Shown here one piece after another: positions 55,495 through 64,000 of a DNA stretch of 64,000 nt (position 1 is its first letter; every line of letters begins with the position of its first letter). The position numbers and the translations under genes were made by a program. The notes under the pieces are model-generated. The model saw nothing but the letters and a program-made list of their open reading frames with translations, had not been told where the DNA came from and ran no database searches. Source of the DNA: Eledone cirrhosa (taxonomy: Eukaryota); the NCBI GenBank assembly GCA_964016885.1, contig OZ024741.1, forward strand, positions 154,566,001 to 154,630,000. Reading direction: 5' to 3'.

Positions 55495-58205
55495 ATACAG
55501 TATTTACGTATCGAGAAAGAGAAAAAAGGGGAGGATAGGTGATACATATAGTTATTTGCCAAGTAGCGTATGCCAAAGGTGCTCGATACTAGTGCCGGCA
55601 GTATTAAATATTCGAAGTGTTAATATTTAGTGGGCTAGAGAGTTAGCAGAGCGTAAGCACGTGGGAAAGTAAAAAATCGGAGAATAGACCGTTAAAACAT
55701 GTTTATTTAAAACAGCACCTACGTACGTTTCGCCCAGTTGGGCTTCTGAAGGGCATAAATAATGAAAAGTGTTCCTTATATTGCTTGGAAAGAGTTTTTG
55801 GGGTTAAATCCACATCAAGGTTCATTGCTCGCAAAAATAGCTTGTGTTGATTTTGCAGCAGGTCAAGGGAGGTAACTCCGGCCGGTGTTAGGGCAGTCTT
55901 TCCCGGACAATTTTTTTTTTTTTTTTTGCCGCATCTGTTTGTCTGAGGCTGGGTCTGGTATGCAAGGATTGTTTCCAGGGTGTTATTTTGCAGCGTCTGC
56001 CCGCCGGGGTGTTAAGACTTGTTGCAGGGAGATCCGGTGTACGGTTTCACTCCTCATCCTTAACCCATCTGAAGAAGGATATTTTTAAGCGATGTGTACA
56101 ACTTATCGCTGTTTCAGCTCTGCTGTTGATGAGCTCGTGGGGTGCAGTTATGATGTGGTAGAGCTCCATGAGGCAAAGATCGCATTTCCTCTTGAAGTTG
56201 TACGGTGCAGCCCTACCGACAATCTCCCAGTGCGTGAAGAAGCTGATGTTTAAGTCCTTTAGTGATGTGATGTAGTCCGCGAGCGAAGTGGAGTGCCTTA
56301 GTTTTCTATTTGTGAAAGAGTGGAGATGTGTTCGAAATCTAATTTTGAACGCGCCGGAGGTAGCCCCTATATAATGTTTAACGCTATTGTGGCTAGTAAT
56401 AGTGCATCTATATATAACCCTATCAGTCAAGCAGTATCCTCTAAGGAGCAGCGTCCTCTGTCGCGGTTCCGTCTATTTCCCACGGTAAGGCTATCATTGT
56501 TGCTGCCTACGTTGTTACCTACGCTATTGCAGCTGTCGTTAGCACCATTCCAACCCACAGCACGCGGGGTGGTGCGAGTGTTATTCCGCACGTCATGTCC
56601 TGCATGTTCCCCAGTTATTTCGCGGTTATGCTGGTTGCGTCTGCGGATGCCGTTGTCAACACTATTGGATGCTGCCAGGGAGTTGTTAAGGCCGATATAG
56701 TTATTGTCAGGTGTAGGTGCGTCTGTGTCGAAGGTGCTGTGTCTTGGTGATCTTACTGTGGTTCGTTGTTCCTATGATGTCTGCTAGGTTAGGAGTAGTA
56801 GAGAAGGATATTTTAATATTGTTCCTGTTAAGAATTTTTCTATATCTATGGTTGGGCGGGAAGTTCTTCTCTAAGGCTTCGAAGAACATCCGAGGTATGT
56901 TGGAGGCCACACTCCGAGAGTAGGGGGGTGGGGGTGGAACCATAGGACGTTACGGTGGCGATTACGTGTCCTTGTACTTTTGCTACGGGTGGTTCCATCT
57001 AGGTGACCGCTCTTATGTGTGTTAATGCGCAGTCGCCCGTTCGGTGCCCCTTTCACTTTATGCTCGGGTGCACTCTTCCTACCTCTTCCATGTTTATGTA
57101 CACGAAGATGTTGGTTGGAAGGCGTGGATAGTAGGCCGTCGCCTTTGTTGGTTTTGTAATAGGGGAATAGTTCGAGTAACCTACAGTGTTCACCGTCGCC
57201 GGGGTCGTGATCTTTAGTGCGGTTATCCATTCTATTATATCCTACTTCAACGAGGTCTCCGCGTGATCGGTTATAGGTATGGCTTACTATAACGTTCGTT
57301 TTATGAGGGGGGTGGTTTCTAGAGCTAGCGTTAGGGATGTATGGAATTCCTCGGTTAAAGCCGGCGCTTATCAAGGCCCTATTGTAGTAATCTGCCGCTT
57401 GGTTGAAGATATCCTCATTGGCAGATAGCCTCGATATTCTATGTGAGATACTATAGACTATGGAGTTGAGAGTCTGCTTAGGGTGGTTGTCGGCATAATT
57501 AATATAAGAGAGGCACTCTCCAGGCTTATGGTATGGCTTGTATAAGCCCGTACTCAACTCCAGGGTCACGTCCAGGAAGTTGACAACCCTGTGGTTGAGG
57601 TCCATAGTTACGGATAGGCCGTATGACTTGAAGAACCTGTGTATATGTTTGTTAAGGTTCTCTATCCTACGGGGGCTATGGTTCCTAACGGTAAAGAGGG
57701 CGTCGTCCCTATATACACCTCCTTGTAGGGCCGGTATCGCTTCCCTAAGCTTATGTAGGAGGTATATCCCGACCAGGTCAGTTGCTTGCGCTGAGTCACG
57801 GGACCCTATCGTGACATCGAAGTTATCAGGACGGTTGGTTCTGGTCCAGTGGGAGCCTTCGAACTGGATAATGGTTCTACGCGCCACTAGAATTATGTCT
57901 ATTTCTTTTTTAGTGAGGCTAGTGTTAGATCTAGCTAAGATAAGTGCCTTATTTAATAGTATGGGGGAGGTAGAGGAGTAGTAACTATCTATATCAAACT
58001 GGATGAATTTCAAGGTGGCTTTATCCGGCAACTCGGTGAACCAATTTATGACCTGGTTGGTGTTGCCCCAGAGGCAGACCTTAGCCTTTCTATTAAGCTC
58101 CAGTAGTACTCTGTCGAGGATCACTTTACTAATCTTACCTATATCTGATGTAGAGGGGCATATTAGTCTAATAGAGGGGCTTTCATTAAAGTCATATTTC
58201 CCACG

Positions 58206-58206
<1 letters not shown>
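55495..58206 (-). mobile_element. 5'-truncated Naiad-type PLE, frameshifted (RT 56871-58200, linker, GIY-YIG 56047-56430)
   Basis: [30 protein letters not shown]; KILNRNNIKISFS; VIY..YIGAT..CDLCLME; variant HHR about 55716-55756; tail hairpin 55581-55652. Confidence 0.92.
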
Positions 58207-58297
<91 letters not shown>

Positions 58298-58338
58298 AAT
58301 ATATATATAAATATATATATAAATATATATATAAATAT

Positions 58339-58395
<57 letters not shown>

Positions 58396-58396
58396 A

Positions 58397-58451
<55 letters not shown>

Positions 58452-58525
58452 AATATATTATATATATATATATATAAATATATATATATATAAATATATT
58501 ATATATATATATATAAATATATTAT

Positions 58526-58557
<32 letters not shown>

Positions 58558-58587
58558 GTGTATATATATATGTATATATATATGTAT

Positions 58588-59386
58588 ATTGAGGGGGTTG
58601 CAGTCAGGCCAGATGTCAGGTGAAGTGTGGTCGACGAAGTTCTCTGACAGCCAGGCTTGAGTCCAATGTTGTCGCTGGAAACTTTGTCTGCATGACTCTG
58701 GGTACGTCTTTGGATGAGACAGCGAGCCACCTGTTGTTCTGGGAGTTGATCTTTTGGTCTTGGCAGAAGTTTTTCTCGTCAGAGAAAAACCACAGCATGT
58801 CTGGCTCCAGTGGGTGTTTCAACTTGTTGATCAGCTTCTTTGCGTGCTTCAATCGCTTTTCTTGCATCACCTTTGACAGAAATTGTCCTTTCCTCATCTT
58901 GTATGAAACGTAGCGAATGTCTGCATGTACCACCAGCCTAATGAGCTTTTCATCCACGCCTTTCTCCCTTGTAATGGCACGCATCGACTTGCTAGGTTCA
59001 TTGTTGATGATATCCTGAACTTCAGCGACGAACTCGGGCGTTCTAAAGGCGTCAGATCGTCGATCATGTGTTTTCCTCTCTGATGTTGCTTCATAGTCGA
59101 ATCCTGAATCTTCCAATTCCTATCTGACCTTTTCCACCATTCTCCTGCTGATGCTGAGAAAGTCTGAAATTTCCTTATTTATCCTGGCACGGATTCCAAG
59201 AAGAACTCAGGTGTCTCTTCCACAAATTTGGAGGTTCAAAATTATTCATAATCAATTATTCTGAAAATAAATAATGGAATTATAGTTAATGTTTTTATGA
59301 AGACAAGAGTGACAACGGAAGTAAAAAAAAATTTGCATAAAAACAGCAGTTGAAAATTGCGAACAAATATCGTCCACACCCAGTAT
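58588..59386 (-). mobile_element. Tc1/mariner (maT/DD37D-like) transposase remnant with one terminus and internal deletions
   Basis: WFFSDEKNFCQDQKINSQNNRWLA..TKFPA; TQAWLSENF..WPDCNPL in another frame; TA-flanked end CTGGGTGTGGACG. Confidence 0.8.
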
Positions 59387-59387
59387 A

Positions 59388-59462
<75 letters not shown>

Positions 59463-59467
59463 ATATG

Positions 59468-59516
<49 letters not shown>

Positions 59517-59547
59517 GTATATATATATATATGTATATATATATATG

Positions 59548-59644
<97 letters not shown>

Positions 59645-59843
59645 GTATATATATATATGTATATATATATATGTATATATATATATGTATATATATATAT
59701 GTATATATATATATGTATATATATATATATGTATATATATATATGTATATATATATATGTATATATATATGTATATATATATATGTATATATATAGATGT
59801 ATATATATATAGATGTATATATATAGATGTATATATATAGATG

Positions 59844-59960
<117 letters not shown>

Positions 59961-60065
59961 GTATATATATATATATGTATATATATATGTATATATATAT
60001 ATGTATATATATATATGTATATATATATATGTATATATATATATGTATATATATATATGTATATA

Positions 60066-61168
60066 TATGAAATATAAGAATCAAAGAACTGTTCAAAACA
60101 TTATTGTGCTTACAGCTGTTTCCTCCAAACCGAGGTTTGGATTCTTCGGAGCAATTTATTAATGCATGGACAGTTATATGACCTCCTTTTCAGCCGAGAG
60201 ACATACCAATACATATTCAAACATTGATACATATTCAAACATTGTGGGTCAACATTCATTACAGAATTTAGAGTGGCAGTACACACTTCGAGATTACATT
60301 TATATTAATAGGTACAATCAAAAATCAAAGATATAGGTTAAAGTACAACATGAAGATAAGTGGTTATATAGTGCAAATGTTATATGTGTGGCACGCATGT
60401 GCGTCTTGTTTATATAGTGTGGCAGAGAGATATGTGTGGTAGAGGCACTTAGGTAGGTAAATAAGAGTGTTAGATTGGTAGATCTGGTGGCAAAGTCTTT
60501 ATATGATTGATATAGTCTGTGTGTGGAGAAATATTATAAGCATTAAAGATAGTACATGAATTACTTGACATCCCTGCGCTGTGCATCTCCAATACTTATA
60601 ACACTTTTAATGCTTGCACTATCTTTAATGCTTATAATATCTCTCTGCCACACTATATAAACAAGACGCACATGCGTGCCACACATATAACATTTGCACT
60701 ATATAACCACTTATCTTCATGTTGTACTTTAACCTATATCTTTGATTTTTGATTGTACCTATTAATATAAATGTAATCTCGAAGTGTGTACTGCCACTCT
60801 AAATTCTGTAATGAATGTTGACCCACAATGTTTGAATATGTATCAATGTTTGAATATGTATTGGTATGTCTCTCGGCTGAAAAGGAGGTCATATAACTGT
60901 CCATGCATTAATAAATTGCTCCGAAGAATCCAAACCTCGGTTTGGAGGAAACAGCTGTAAGCACAATAATGTTTTGAACAGTTCTTTGATTCTTATATTT
61001 CATATAACTGCTCTGTAAATCATCTGATGTTTTTACATTGAGCTACTTAACTTACTGGTAATAAGGTAGTAATACATTACTGCCTACCACTATTTAGGGT
61101 GTGTGTAAAATACTTATAACTGCTTAAGGTTTTGTGTTTACATAACCATAAATAGTATAACTAATACT
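60066..61168 (+). mobile_element. Large fold-back PLE-end module: ~368-bp near-perfect arms, each with an HHR
   Basis: 60066-60433 is inverted relative to 60637-61005; TGCT-CCGAAGA-ATCCAAACC TC GGTTTGGAG-GAAA-CAGCTG-TA-AGCA (60917-60963); tail hairpin 61010-61043. Confidence 0.85.
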
Positions 61169-61197
61169 ATGTATATATATATGTATATATATATATG

Positions 61198-61244
<47 letters not shown>

Positions 61245-61327
61245 GTATATATATATATGTATATATATATATGTATATATATATGTATATATATATGTAT
61301 ATATATATGTATATATATATGTATATA

Positions 61328-61406
<79 letters not shown>

Positions 61407-61431
61407 GTATATATATATGTATATATATATG

Positions 61432-61502
<71 letters not shown>

Positions 61503-61513
61503 ATATATATGTA

Positions 61514-61628
<115 letters not shown>

Positions 61629-61634
61629 GTATAT

Positions 61635-61692
<58 letters not shown>

Positions 61693-62199
61693 GTTAGGCA
61701 TGCAGTGACTAACAACAGAATGTTTTAAATCTGCGTGTCTGACATACATTCGTAGCTTGTGAATAAAAAATTCAAGGGGCATTGCTGGCCATGGTGATGC
61801 CTCCCAAACATCTTTTGTAATGTATCGTCTTATTGGCTAATTTCATTGTCTTATTGGCTAATCAACCAACGAGAGTAATTGTTGCTCAAAAGCATCCGCC
61901 ACTTTGTTTGCATGTTTATTTATCGTTTCGCTTTCGAATCTTCCTCCAGTATTTCGTCGTTTATCATCAAAATATTTTTCTCGTTTTGGTAAGTTATATT
62001 GTTAATTTATATATGATTTTTTAAATTTATATTAAGTATTAAATGTCTGAAAATATTTTTATACATCTTACAATAATATTTATAAGATCATTTATAAAAT
62101 AACAATTATATAATCTAATTACATTACAACGATAATTTATTATATATCATGTTTAACTCGAGTTATTACAAGCGTTGCCTTAAAAAAATATTAAACTAG

Positions 62200-62634
62200 A
62201 CCTGAAAACTGCGCAAGCTCAAAAGAGCCACAGAATGTTATAATAAACCTTCAAAAGTGTGGGACTAGAGTTGTTGCTCAAAAATATTGTAAACATTATC
62301 TATCGTACACTCGGTGGCATCCTTTTATAAAAAAGAGATTTATAACGAACTCAAGACGACACGATAATTATTTAAGTAAATTTATAATATAGCAGTCGGT
62401 TTAAGTGCATTTCGTATTAATCATTACTAAACATCTAATATGAGATATTGAACATTAGCTTAAATAATTAGCGTGTCGCCTTGAGTTCGTTATGAGTCGC
62501 TTTTTAATAAAAGGATGCCACAGAGTGTAATATAGATAATGATTACAATATTTTTGAGCAACAATTCTAGTCCCACACTTTTGAAGGTTTATTATAACAT
62601 TCTGTGGCTCTTTTGAGCTTGCGCATTTTTCAGG
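62200..62634. repeat. Diverged ~175-bp inverted repeat
   Basis: 62200-62376 versus 62459-62634, with scattered mismatches. Confidence 0.8.
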
Positions 62635-62635
62635 G

Positions 62636-64000
<1,365 letters not shown>

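Overview
This is a 64-kb animal genomic window with no recognisable host gene. A cephalopod (octopus-like) origin is inferred from the SINE/LINE repertoire and (TA)n load. It consists of long (TA)n/(TATG)n arrays separated by stacked retroelement insertions. These include one apparently full-length Tx1/L1-clade LINE with intact ORF1/ORF2 and a 23-bp TSD (31544-37360), about 10 coding fragments of Penelope-like elements (PLEs; Naiad-type YRDD and Neptune-type, with GIY-YIG endonucleases), CR1, RTE and R4/Dong-like LINE remnants, tRNA-derived SINEs, a non-autonomous Helitron and a maT/mariner remnant. The hundreds of Tyr/Ile-repeat ORFs are microsatellite artefacts. The main signal is non-coding. 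About 25 type I hammerhead ribozyme (HHR) motifs sit in short fold-back or tandem PLE-end modules between TA arrays. Many of these otherwise dissimilar modules share a covarying bulged hairpin, RCTC-[stem-loop]-NN-GAGY, downstream of the HHR. The inverted or second copy of a module repeatedly stops a few nt before this hairpin. One module is a 538-bp tandem HHR repeat resembling a retrozyme. All structures were read by eye and need computational confirmation.
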